Source: Stramenopiles sp. TOSAG23-2
Lineage: Eukaryota
Length of the DNA stretch: 40,633 bases
Assembly: GCA_900128395.1 (NCBI GenBank)
Contig: LT649308.1
Location: 1 to 40,633, forward strand
Direction of reading: 5' to 3'
Part shown: positions 1 to 11,240 of the stretch, one piece after another
How the letters are laid out: every line of letters starts with the position of its first letter
Position numbering within the stretch: the stretch's first letter is position 1
Notes under the pieces: generated by a model
Databases searched by the model: none
What the model saw: the letters and a program-made list of their open reading frames with translations, nothing else
What the model was told of the DNA's origin: nothing
Position numbers and translations under genes: made by a program

Positions 1-17
1 CGATAAATATAGTATAT

Positions 18-52
<35 letters not shown>

Positions 53-1017
53 AATGGGACACGATAAGTTTCCTAGGACTTCTACTTTATTTTTTTAATT
101 TTAACGTCTTTGTTTGTGTATGTATATATATATAGTTCTGCTTTAACTACTACTACTAATATTTTATATAATGTGCTAACACAACTTATAATAGTGATGC
201 AATAAATAGACTTATATTGATGTAGCCCCACTTTTTTCATCGACAGTCTCATTAGTAGGAAGTTTTCTTTTCTACTGTGGCAGCTTGCCAGCTTGGGCTA
301 CTCAGGAAACCCCGCTATGTGCTATTCGCATATATTGTATAGCCTTGGGCTTGCCAGCTTGCAATCAACAATAAAGATTCCTTTCAAATTATTTAAGGAG
401 ACATAAATTTTGGATTTTGGCACTTTAACTTTGGTTAAAGTTGATCTTAATCTAAATCTACGATGAATAAACTGTATTTCCCCCAATGACAAAAATGCCA
501 AATAATAAACAGAAAATCAATAGAAATTTACGACATTTAATTATTATATTTGTAATGCTGATTTCAAGATTTCTATGTCTTCATATTTACCAAAATATCA
601 TTTTTGAATATTTAGTTTTGAAAATATACGCAATAAAGAAAGTAGATTGATAGGAAAGAAAAAGAAATGGCCTCCGTCCTACTTAGTGTCGGGAAAATAA
701 AACAAGGCATCATATATAATAATCTTAATCTACATATATAGTCTATATATGGCAATATATATGATGTTGTGTACAAGGTAGAAGTGTTTAAGTAGGTACA
801 ATATATTCGTTAAAATATTGTACCTGTGTGTGCTTATATATATACCTACAAATATAATATAAAAAGCGATTGCGTTCAGGATCTTGTTTCTTCTTTTTTT
901 TAATTAGTAAAAAGAGGGAAGATTTATTAACTGATTATATACTATACAGTTTTTAACTGAAAAAAAGAACTGAAAGACTAAAACGGTATTGGTATAGGAA
1001 AGTCGTTGTTGTAAAAT

Positions 1018-2295
1018 ATGGCTTCATTAGTGGTAGATAAGGATGTGCCAAATGATACTACTGCTACTACCAACAACGCAACAATAACAACAACAACGAC
1101 AACAACAAAAACTAGTGCACCTACTAATGATTATGAAGATATAATAATTGACTCCAATGCATCAACACATATTATCTATCACGACGCTTTTTCTGCAGTT
1201 GTATATTTATTAGACGCAACAAGTATCTACTTTTTGTCTCGGTGTAATAAATACTTAACGAAATTGTGTAACAATCCAAATGTTTTATCCTGGATCTCGC
1301 GACCACGCGCAGTCGGATTTAGGTCGCTATCATGTATCGAACATTTGAAAATCTTCGAGTTAGTTTCTAAAGCGGAAAATTCTTTTCATTTTGAATGGGG
1401 AAGTGTGCAAGTGGAAGATAACTGTTACCCGTATTTAGAACAGTTAGTTCAGATTATGAAACAGCATGGAAGTTTGCATATACGTGTGGAAGGACATTGT
1501 GGTTTGGAAGCACCGCCACATATTGCCATAGGCTTCAGTACAAATCGGGCTGCATCAGTTTGCGATGTATTAGTTGAGATGGGAATCAACCCTCGCCGAA
1601 TTTCTTATATTGGTCATGGAAAGTCGAAGCCAAAAATTTGTGCTTGTGGACCGTTCTCTAGGGAAGCAAAGCAAAATAGGCGCACGGAATTATTTCTGCA
1701 TGACGAAACTGGATCAGAGTTTCCAACGCGCGAGCCATTACCTAATATTTCGAAAGAGGAAATTGATGCAGCGGTGAACGATGCTGGGACGAAACAACGG
1801 GAGTTTCAGATAAGGATTGATGGAATCATGGTATGGTCACGGGATTTAGAGGAAGCAGTTACCAATCCAGAATACCCTGGTCATAATTTATTAGGTATTC
1901 CGGAATATAATAATCCGCGTGAAAACGTAATAGCTCGCATACGGGAATTAGGAGAAAAATGTCCAGATTCATTGTCATTTTTTGAGCATATGAATAAAAT
2001 TTTAGTGCAATTTGAACAAGGGGCATTGAACAGCTCGGATACATTTATGAATGTTGTGGAAGAACATATTGCACAAGTTGAGGAAGCGTTAGAGACATTG
2101 TTGAATATGAGTGGCGATAATGAAGCAACATGCAGTCCAAAACGATTTAATAGTAGTAGGGAATTAAAAAATACTAATACAAATGATAATGATCATGAAG
2201 TTGATGTAGATAAAGTTCCTGTAAATTATGATGATACGGAAGTTGAATTTCAAACTAGCAATGGCAGTAGCAGTAGCAATAGCACTGGTGTGTAA
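1018..2295 (+). CDS. F-box-like plus OmpA/MotB C-terminal-like domain protein
   Basis: 425-aa ORF. OmpA-like pattern: FHFEWGS..., YLEQLVQIMKQH, IRVEGHCG, FSTNRAASVCDVLVEMGINPRRISYIGHGKSKP, NRRTELFL. It is preceded by an F-box-like stretch VVYLLDATSIYFLSRCNKYLTKLCNNPNVLSW (weaker call). Confidence 0.75.
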   Translation: MASLVVDKDVPNDTTATTNNATITTTTTTTKTSAPTNDYEDIIIDSNASTHIIYHDAFSAVVYLLDATSIYFLSRCNKYLTKLCNNPNVLSWISRPRAVGFRSLSCIEHLKIFELVSKAENSFHFEWGSVQVEDNCYPYLEQLVQIMKQHGSLHIRVEGHCGLEAPPHIAIGFSTNRAASVCDVLVEMGINPRRISYIGHGKSKPKICACGPFSREAKQNRRTELFLHDETGSEFPTREPLPNISKEEIDAAVNDAGTKQREFQIRIDGIMVWSRDLEEAVTNPEYPGHNLLGIPEYNNPRENVIARIRELGEKCPDSLSFFEHMNKILVQFEQGALNSSDTFMNVVEEHIAQVEEALETLLNMSGDNEATCSPKRFNSSRELKNTNTNDNDHEVDVDKVPVNYDDTEVEFQTSNGSSSSNSTGV

Positions 2296-2500
2296 AGGAA
2301 ATAGTTAAATTTCTATATATAATACGAAGTATGATGTTTAAAAAAAATAAAAGCCTTAGAGAGAGGTAATTGAAAATAGTACTAATCATTTTTTTTTGGA
2401 AAATTTAATTTAAAACACATTTTTATTTTTTAAGCCAAGAAGATGCCATAAACACACTCTACTCTAGGAATTGACCGCATTACGGATTGTACGAATTGTT

Positions 2501-5076
2501 TCAGCCAAATAGTGAATCCATTAAATTCATATTCGAAGACGAGGGAGGTAATGGCATAACCATACTTTCTTCAACATAATCATCATCATTTTCATAATCA
2601 TCATCATTTTCATAATCATCATCACTATTCTCTGTATTTATCTCTCCCACGGGTGTTGCAATATTTTCTGTTTCAATATTTCCGATGGAAATAGATGCAA
2701 GTGATGATTTTCGTTTTCCTTTCGTTTGTTTCTTACTATTCGATGATGAAGAAGAAGCAAACAAAGTTGCAAAGAAATTTTCGCTTCCACCTGAAATTCG
2801 TTTGTTTCCATCCTTTTCCGTTTTTTTCTTTTTATCTATACCAACTGCAGAAAAATGTGAGAGCCTCTTGCTACTGCTGTTTCCATTAGATACATTATTG
2901 TTTCTTACGATATCAGAATTACGATTCACTAATGGTTGTCTACCATCCATGTTGAGAGCATTTTCACCATTGTTGTTACGCTTTTGTTTTTTTATACGAT
3001 TGTCAATATCATTTTCCATATTGATTTCCCTCTTCTTTTTCTTTGGTAATACATGAACAACCGTTTTTCCATCCCCTAATTTAACCATCGTTCGAACATC
3101 TGAATGGACTTTTTCCTGCTCCCCATTTTTCCTTTCAAATTCAAGCCGCTTTAAACGTTCCACACGTCTAGTTTTTCTAGGATTCGAATCTGGTCCGTTA
3201 TAAATAAATCGCACATGAGCTTTTTTACCACGAAACCCTTTACTTTGGAAAGATCCATCCCAAACACCACCACGCTTAGCACATGCCGCTCGATGCGAGG
3301 CTAGATATCGTAAATTTCCAAATTTTGCGTAACAGATTTCGCACATCAGTTTCGTCCGACATTCGAATTTTTTAATTTTATCAGCCTCAGGCGCATTTTG
3401 AAGTTTGGTTACAATTTCATCTAGATTTTTTCGTTGTGAAAGGAATTTTGACAATGGCATGGATTTATGCTTTGCAACNNNNNNNNNNNNNNNNNNNNNN
3501 NNNNNNNNNNNNNNNNNNNNNNNNNNNTGCTTTGCAACAAGTAAATGAGTTTTTTGAAATCGTGACGGAGTACGACCATTTGGATCCAATTTTGGCCTTA
3601 AATATTTATACAATTTGACGCTGCTGCCTTGTGGTAACATCAATTGACCAAACACTTTCGTCCGCCCTAAACCATTTCCTTCCCTCACATTTTGAAATGA
3701 TGATTTAGGTATTTGTGTGCTGTTGGATATCAGATTGTAACGACGTAGAAATTTCATCCCAGCGCCTTCTATTTGGGTAAAACTACCATTTTCATAGGAT
3801 TGTTTAAATTGATTGATTTTCTTACTTTTCGTGACTCGTATCAATGAATTTTGTGATTTCAATAATTTTTCCTTAGTATTCACGGACGGACCTGCGCCTT
3901 TCCGTGGGCGCCCACGTTTACGCTTCACCTTTTCTATTTTTTCTGGTTTCTTTTTTGCTTTAGCTTCTCGATTGCTTGAAATTTCTTTTGCATCATCCTC
4001 TATATTATAGTAATATTCCCCCTCTTTATCATCATCATCATCATCATCACTTTCACCTAACCATTCCTCGTCATTCCTGTTTTGTTTTTGTCTCCTATCC
4101 TCTTCGCTAATGTAATTGTCCTCCTCATCCTCATCTGAAAATATATCATCATCTTCAATTGTCGATGAGTCTACATTCATTTGTCGTGCCTGTTCATCTT
4201 TAAAATAATTCGGTTGATTTCGCTTTCGCTGGGGCAACGCACGAGGCGGCAAATTCAATGTTGATTGCTTCAATTTCTGCTTTTTACGAGATGGCTTTTT
4301 CTTTTTCTTTTCACGAAACATTTTTTTGCTAGTTCCTAATCCAAGTGATTTCAAATGCGCTTCATTTCTAGCTATGTTTTGCAATCTCTTTTTTTCATAT
4401 TCAGGCAGCATATCGATTTGCTGTTTGCTATATTGATTTATATTGGAACTGTTGTCAAAATTATTATCTTCTCCTTCATCATCATCATCCTCGAGATCAT
4501 CACTATCATCATAATCAAATTGTTTTACAATCACATGTTTTCCTCTGTGACCAGCTTTTTTTCCACTTTCCAACGAACATTTTGGGCAGGGTGCACCTTC
4601 TTCATATTTGTTCTTTTCAACTAAAGTATGTCTACCTTTGTGTCCCTCCATTCTTCCACTGCCTGAAATACAATCTGGGCATTCCTTCGTAGGATCAAAT
4701 ACTTTTTTAGCCTTACTTTGATGTTTTCCTTTATGACCTATCAATTTCTTTGATCCTTTGATACATAATGGGCAATATTTGTTATTAGATAGACTTCGTC
4801 TTGAAAAATGACCACCAACACCACCTTGGCCGTGTAAAGTCATCGCGTTTGATATAATAGACATAGTCAATAAATCCTTGTCATTATTGCCATTTTCATT
4901 ATCATCGATATCATCATTATTATTATTTCTATCAATAATTTGCTTGTTTGATGTATTTGCTTTTCTTACGATATTGTTATTCGTGGTAGTAGCAGTTGTA
5001 ACTACGTCGTTTACACCATCAATAATATCATCGTTATTCCTTTGTAATACACCACCGTCCATATCATAATTTATAC

Positions 5077-5107
<31 letters not shown>

Positions 5108-5353
5108 TATCTTTCGTCTTTGTTTACGTTTTATAGATAATGGCACTGATATCGATATGGTGTCAAACAGTTGATTGAAAGTATCCTTTGTTTGTTGAAC
5201 TCGTTGATTATTTTTATTTACATTATTTATACGAGTTGAATGGTTGTTGTTTTTGATAGTATCATTATTCCTACAAGTCAAACGAAAGAGTTCATTGAAT
5301 TTATCTTGTATTGCTATACGTTGTGTTTCCGACATTATAATGTTCTCTTTCAT
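2501..5353 (-). CDS. Putative chromatin/DNA-binding protein with three CxxC-x9-H-x3-H repeats, an AT-hook and a C2HC zinc finger
   Basis: 950-aa ORF across an N gap. Repeats CPLCIKGSKKLIGHKGKH, CPDCISGSGRMEGHKGRH, CPKCSLESGKKAGHRGKH; motif YEKKRLQNIARNEAHLKSLGL; AT-hook KRGRPRK; CEICYAKFGNLRYLASHRAAC; acidic tracts and basic NLS-like runs. Confidence 0.7.
3479..3527. other. Scaffold gap of 49 N, probably spurious
   Basis: The 11-mer TGCTTTGCAAC occurs immediately on both sides of the gap. Merging the overlap removes 60 nt and keeps the reading frame (...HLLVAKHKSM...). Confidence 0.85.
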
Positions 5354-5973
5354 TTATTTATTAATTACGATATCCGATTTTTTGGATTGTTGTATTTATT
5401 ACTTTATGTAATGCTTTTTGTTACTTGTTTTCTCTTTTGCAAGAATATATGAAATAAATGCATGCAAATCGTTTTTTTTTTTTTTTAAAAAATAAATTTT
5501 ATTTTTTTATTCTCTTTCTTCTAGATTTATGCACTATACTAGGTGTGCACCCGTGTGCCAGTGTGCCTTGTGTGATGCTGGTGTGGCTGTGATGGTGTTG
5601 TTTTTGATACTTGGTATTTATTATATCTTTTGGTGAGAAAGATTTTCAAATATAGGATGGAAATAGCATTAGTACAGCAGATGTCCCCTATATGATGATG
5701 GTGATGAGTATTAATAATAAACCAAAAAAAAATAATAATAATAATAGATCTAATAGTTTTTTTTTTATTTATTATCGATAAGTTACGAAGAACAAGTTGT
5801 GAGAAGTATATGTAAAAATATATTCGATCTATAATCTTTTCCTCTTCTTGATGTTCTAAAGTAAACAATTAATATTATAATTTACTGTGCGTGCGTATAT
5901 TTTTTGTTTTATCCACCCCACTTCAACGATATATATATATATATATACAAAAGGAATAATCTTGTGTTTACCA

Positions 5974-8900
5974 ATGGATGTCATCACCTACGATACGTTC
6001 ATTGTACCAGATGAGAAGACGAAAATTGCAAGTTGTGTTGAAGATATATCCATTGGTAAAATTCCGTTGAAGGAAGTATTAAAGTCTATCTTCCATAACA
6101 GAGAGGTAAAATTTAAAACATTAATGGGACATACATTTGAAAAAGTTAAAGAATTAGACGATACAACTGAAATAGACACCAGTGACACAAAAACCAACAA
6201 TGAAAATACATTTCAAACATTTTTAAAAGATTCAAATATGCATAATCTTGGTAAATTTATAGAGGATATGATACGAAATGATAGCGAAACATTAAGACGA
6301 CGTTCCTCCATAAAAATGGCATCTCCGTCCACATCTAGTAACAAATACAAAATTTCAACCCCTCGCACAAATGTTGGAGACAAGAAGAACCAAAATAAGT
6401 CCGAGAGTGTGTTAAATAATATGGATTGGCCATCATTATTGAATACTTCTGAAACAAACTCAAATGAAGTGAAAGTTGTAAATAATTTATCAGAAAATAT
6501 TGTAAAAAAAAAGAAAACTAATAATAATAACAACAACAACAGCAACAACAACAATAAGAAAAATAAAAGGAAGAAGAAAAAGAAACGAATTACATTGACA
6601 AATATGTCACCAACCATTACAGACAAAATTATATCAAGCGGTAATATATCTAGTCCATCCATTTTGCAATCGTCATCTAGACCATCATCTTTATCATCAT
6701 CTACTATTATTTCACCATCGAATAAAAGCACAAATGTAATAGATTTAAGTAAATTTGAAAAACGTTTAAGTTTAAGTGATGATAGTAATAACAACCTTTC
6801 ATCATCTTCTGTTAAAATATCCGATCGAAATTGGGATAATCAAGATGATACAGCTTTAAAGGAGGAGAAGGACGGTATTATTACCCACAGCAATATAAAT
6901 ATTGTATTAACTTCATCCCCATCTAATGTAACAAAAAATGCATTTACACCTGTAAAATTAAAGATAAAAAGACCATCATCTAATAATAGTGATGAATATT
7001 CGCCAACTGGGAATTCTGAACAGTCGATATCGCCATTTGAACAAAGAAACTTATTATCACCATCATTTCGTGATAAAAATGATGGTCGAAAATCAGCATC
7101 TCCTATTTTTGGCGAAAGAAATTTATTGTCACCATCATTTGATCGTTCTAATAAAAGTAATGATACTGACATGAAAACATACAATGGTAAAAAATTGTTC
7201 AATATAGTCAACATAAATAATAATAATAATAATAATAGTAATAATATATCATTTGATAATGTAATGCGTAATACCAAAAATAAAGATAATGGTAGTAAAG
7301 ACAATAAAAATACAAACAATATGACACGTTTCAGTTTCAGTGATGATAATATTTTGAAACCGGTAACGACGAAATTAGATAATAATGATATGGCATTATC
7401 ACCAATGTTACAATTAAAATGTCTTCGTCTTGGTCTATTAACTGCCGCTTTGATTTATAATGGTTTTATTTTAGATGTTGCATCTGAGATTTACTTTTTA
7501 TTTCGATTGTTGAAAGTCGTTGAAGGTAGTCATGATAATAGTGAAAGTCACATGAATAATTTTATTATGAATATATCGTTTCAGAGCAACAGCATTTTAC
7601 CAAATTATCAATCTTTAAAATATTATTCTGGTGCATGTTTGTGGGGACTACAATCTATCGTTTTTCGTAGTGGCAGACATGTTTTAAAACAATTAGGTGC
7701 AAATGTTACCATTAAAACACATTTTCGTTTTATGAGGGATAGCATTCGAGGAAAACTAGAAAATCTCGGCATGGGAAAAGTGTCAAGTAAAGTCCCCGTG
7801 GGTAACAGCAGCAATCAAAATTATAAATGGTGGGGTGGAGTAAATAGCAGGTATAAAAGAGATCAGTATAATGCACGGGAACGGTCGATAAACCAAAATA
7901 GAATTGACAGAACTGATGTTTTTGATCAACTATATCATCGATTTGAGAAACAAAATAGATATTTTTATGATGCAGATTGGAATAAACGTTTCCCAGACAG
8001 TTGCAAGGAGTGCCTTAAAGGAACTATGCCATGTAATTATCCATCGCTTGCATTTCACTTTTTAAAAATGTTATGTCAAATTGAGAGTGCTGATCAGCGT
8101 ATCCAAGAAGAACAGTTTTTAAAACAAAAATTTGCAAAAGGTGGTGCAACGAAAGAAAGAATTGCATTATTTGAGGATCGTATGCTTAATACTAAATCGC
8201 ACGCAGAAAAATCACTCGTCCGTAGTAATTCAAATGAGTATCGTGGAAGACGGAATAATAATAATAATAATAATAATAACAACAATAGCCACAACAAAAA
8301 TTACCGTCATAGCAATAATGATGATCGGTTAAAAAAATTTGGTTCCAAATATCAAAAAAGAGGTAGCAAAAATGGTGACGCACCTGGAAATAGTTACAAC
8401 AGCAATTATCATAAGTCGAAAAAAACAATATCAAAAAAAGGATCGTCATTTGGTAACAATAGGAAAAAACATCATCAATATAGTAACATATCGTACGGAT
8501 ATGCATCGAATGATATTGAGAGTGATAAAGTTGTCGTTGAAAATACTTTCAACAAGTCTCAAGAATTTTTCATTTATTTTATCATGTATTGCGATAGTCA
8601 TCGATTTTGCGAACATATTCGAATCATCGCGTCTTCAAAAATAAAAGAGTTAAGTGGTGCAGCAAGGGGTAGCATTGAAATGTTGAAACAATTTGAACAA
8701 CGTTATTTACATATACGAATATTAGGAAAAGTACTTGGTTTTCTTGAGAGCTCTGTATATTGGTCGATGGGATTAGACCCTCAATTTCAAAATGTAAATG
8801 CGTCAGAGGCACTTCAATCATATATTGATAACTGCACAAATTGGGTTGAAGATGCAAAACGTAGTATTGATGTGATTTCGCAATTGAAAAAGGCATGGAT

Positions 8901-10725
8901 AGATGGAAGCTTAGTCTCCACTATTCCATGGATAGTGGAATATTTGAAACCATTAAAATTTGATACCGCATATAGTCGTGGCAAAACTATTAAATCAATA
9001 TTAGATATTTTGTGGCATATTCGAAATTTTGCTCTTCAAAGTTTAGAATCACGTGCAGGCCTTTTAATCGTTTCATGTATTGATAAGCTATTGATTCATT
9101 TAAGACCGTCCTTTAAGAAAAACACGAGTAAAAGTAATAATAATAGCAACATGTATTATGATGCGGATAGTAAGTCCGCGTTGTTGGTTGATTTTGCGCA
9201 AGATAAATATGGAACAACAAATAAATCACTGGATTCCAATGTTTTAGATATGCAAGAAGGTCTTGTAGATGATTCTGTCTTCAAAAAGAGTTTTAAAGAG
9301 TTTGAATACATTGCATTGCTATTTAGCGAAAGGAAGAAAAAGGCGAGCAAAGGGTCTATTTCTTCTAAGAATGACACAATGAAAAAAAAATCTGGCAATG
9401 ATGATGGTGATAATGCTAATTTAAGCGCATCACAGAACAACGACAAGAACAGTTCCTCTCACATTAATACTAAACCACATTTAAGAACTCCCGCTATCAA
9501 AGCAAAACGCGATAAAAAATATAAGCTAAGACCAACAAACATTAACGACTGGAGATCCTCTGCTAAAAAAAATCTTTCATATTGGTTTTATGAGAAACAT
9601 GAAGTTTTAAAAGAGCTCACAGATATTGTCCTTGATCGCTGCATCAAAAATTCAATAAAAATTGCAAAAGATCTCTATTTAGACAAATCTGTTGATAAAA
9701 TTGTTGCAAAGCATGAAGATAAAAATGATGGTCTTGTTGAAAGTTTCAATGCTGAAGAAGGCACTTTGCTGCAAAATTGTTTTCGTTGCGCGCAAATATT
9801 GTGCAAAGATGATATTGAACAATCTATTTTAGCTTTAGCCCCTGCAAAATATTTTCATTGGAATGATGATTCTAATGAAAACAAGGATGCAAGATCGAGG
9901 AATAGTAACAACTCCAAGATAAATAAGCTCCCGACAAGTATACTACAAACATGCATTAAATTGGCAATTAGTCAAGGTAACAAATTTCTTAAGGAAATGC
10001 TTGGAGATTCCATTGGTGCAGAATTTCGCAGAAAGATTAATAATTGGGAAAGAAAAAATGATTTGCTAAAAAATGGTGATGGCAGTAGTAATTTAAGCTT
10101 GAAATGGAGACGTAGTCATAGCAGTGAAGATTTCAATGCTTCAAAATCTATTATTGCTACCACTTCTGCTACTACTAATGATAACATAAATAATAAGAAT
10201 GGGAGAAAAGATACAGCAAAGAAAGATCGAAATTCCCCTGTGATAAATATTAGATCGCATTTATCTCGTATCAGCAAAATGACAAATATATTATTATCCG
10301 CGCCTAAAGATAAAATCGTTAAAAAAACTTTTAATACATATTTAAATGAATTTTCAAACGTCATATTGGAAAATGATAATAGTGACTGTCATAATAATAT
10401 TGATAATTGCTTAATAGGAAAGATCGTCGGGTTTATTCAAAAAGACTGTTTATATCTATCAATTAAATTATTTAATGTAATATTTGAAGATAAGAAGGGA
10501 ATAGGAATGTTAAAGGAAGAAACATTTAGTAGCAATTACATATTGTTATCCACTATTTTAACTTTTGCCTCCAACGTGTTTTGTAAATTATTGAGTTGTT
10601 CAATTTCAACCACATCCTTTGGTATGTCCTTGTTACATGGCATTGGCGTAATACTGAATGAAGATGATGAGAGAACTGAATTTGTTGTAAACTTACTGGT
10701 AAATAGAAATATCATTTCTTGTTAG
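5974..10725 (+). CDS. CDAN1: Codanin-1-like protein (ASF1-binding regulator of histone supply)
   Basis: Blocks resembling codanin-1: SEIYFLFRLL, SQEFFIYFIMYCDSHRFCEHIR, ILGKVLGFL, LVSTIPWIVEYL, and a C-domain-like KKNLSYWFYEKHEVLKELTDIVLDRCIKNSIK. Start moved from the GTG at 5887 to the first ATG at 5974. Confidence 0.75.
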   Translation: MDVITYDTFIVPDEKTKIASCVEDISIGKIPLKEVLKSIFHNREVKFKTLMGHTFEKVKELDDTTEIDTSDTKTNNENTFQTFLKDSNMHNLGKFIEDMIRNDSETLRRRSSIKMASPSTSSNKYKISTPRTNVGDKKNQNKSESVLNNMDWPSLLNTSETNSNEVKVVNNLSENIVKKKKTNNNNNNNSNNNNKKNKRKKKKKRITLTNMSPTITDKIISSGNISSPSILQSSSRPSSLSSSTIISPSNKSTNVIDLSKFEKRLSLSDDSNNNLSSSSVKISDRNWDNQDDTALKEEKDGIITHSNINIVLTSSPSNVTKNAFTPVKLKIKRPSSNNSDEYSPTGNSEQSISPFEQRNLLSPSFRDKNDGRKSASPIFGERNLLSPSFDRSNKSNDTDMKTYNGKKLFNIVNINNNNNNNSNNISFDNVMRNTKNKDNGSKDNKNTNNMTRFSFSDDNILKPVTTKLDNNDMALSPMLQLKCLRLGLLTAALIYNGFILDVASEIYFLFRLLKVVEGSHDNSESHMNNFIMNISFQSNSILPNYQSLKYYSGACLWGLQSIVFRSGRHVLKQLGANVTIKTHFRFMRDSIRGKLENLGMGKVSSKVPVGNSSNQNYKWWGGVNSRYKRDQYNARERSINQNRIDRTDVFDQLYHRFEKQNRYFYDADWNKRFPDSCKECLKGTMPCNYPSLAFHFLKMLCQIESADQRIQEEQFLKQKFAKGGATKERIALFEDRMLNTKSHAEKSLVRSNSNEYRGRRNNNNNNNNNNNSHNKNYRHSNNDDRLKKFGSKYQKRGSKNGDAPGNSYNSNYHKSKKTISKKGSSFGNNRKKHHQYSNISYGYASNDIESDKVVVENTFNKSQEFFIYFIMYCDSHRFCEHIRIIASSKIKELSGAARGSIEMLKQFEQRYLHIRILGKVLGFLESSVYWSMGLDPQFQNVNASEALQSYIDNCTNWVEDAKRSIDVISQLKKAWIDGSLVSTIPWIVEYLKPLKFDTAYSRGKTIKSILDILWHIRNFALQSLESRAGLLIVSCIDKLLIHLRPSFKKNTSKSNNNSNMYYDADSKSALLVDFAQDKYGTTNKSLDSNVLDMQEGLVDDSVFKKSFKEFEYIALLFSERKKKASKGSISSKNDTMKKKSGNDDGDNANLSASQNNDKNSSSHINTKPHLRTPAIKAKRDKKYKLRPTNINDWRSSAKKNLSYWFYEKHEVLKELTDIVLDRCIKNSIKIAKDLYLDKSVDKIVAKHEDKNDGLVESFNAEEGTLLQNCFRCAQILCKDDIEQSILALAPAKYFHWNDDSNENKDARSRNSNNSKINKLPTSILQTCIKLAISQGNKFLKEMLGDSIGAEFRRKINNWERKNDLLKNGDGSSNLSLKWRRSHSSEDFNASKSIIATTSATTNDNINNKNGRKDTAKKDRNSPVINIRSHLSRISKMTNILLSAPKDKIVKKTFNTYLNEFSNVILENDNSDCHNNIDNCLIGKIVGFIQKDCLYLSIKLFNVIFEDKKGIGMLKEETFSSNYILLSTILTFASNVFCKLLSCSISTTSFGMSLLHGIGVILNEDDERTEFVVNLLVNRNIISC

Positions 10726-11240
10726 AATGTGTATAATATAAAAAAGTTTTGAAAGATACAGTAGAGTGTAGATACTGTATATGTACGAATGCATATGATA
10801 TGCCTTTTGCAATTCGTTGTATGCGTATTAATAAAATATTATTAATAATACCTGATACGAATAGCAGGTATAATACGTATGCTGCTGGTATGCTGAAGTT
10901 GTTTGTATTTTATATTTATTTTTTTTATATTATTTTATTTTTTAGAATTATTAATTATTATTGAAATTATTTATTTCTTCATCATTTTTTTAATTATTTG
11001 CACATTTGTTGCACTCATTTATTATTATTATTATGATTGCATAAATATAAATATAAAAATACAAAATGTTTGAAATTTAAAATTTATATAAAATATCATA
11101 TAGATGTGACAACATACAAGATTGTGCATTTTGTGTTGCGTTGTGTTCGTGTATTCTTTTATTCTTATCTTGTTGATCATTGTTTCCCTCCCCTCTCCCT
11201 TATTGCATATATATATACCCAGCTTGCAATCAGTTGAATT

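Noticed and set aside
1018-2295. OmpA-like gene as bacterial contamination
   Set aside because: It has host-like Thr/Asn low-complexity ends, an F-box-like segment and eukaryotic neighbours with continuous composition.
5887-5973. GTG-initiated N-terminal extension of codanin-1, and the similar extension of the TMEM128-like ORF at 31731-31859
   Set aside because: Non-ATG starts running through TA-rich microsatellite UTR-like sequence; the first ATG is preferred in a eukaryote.
5988-10364. Numerous antisense or alternate-frame ORFs rich in Leu/Ile/Tyr runs here and throughout the window
   Set aside because: They are shadows of (AAT)n and (GAT)n tracts in real genes on the opposite strand and show no domain motifs.
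10698-10964. Intron at GTAAAT extending codanin-1 into the 10749-10964 ORF
   Set aside because: The downstream sequence is AT-rich and non-coding-like, and no convincing exon could be identified without transcripts.
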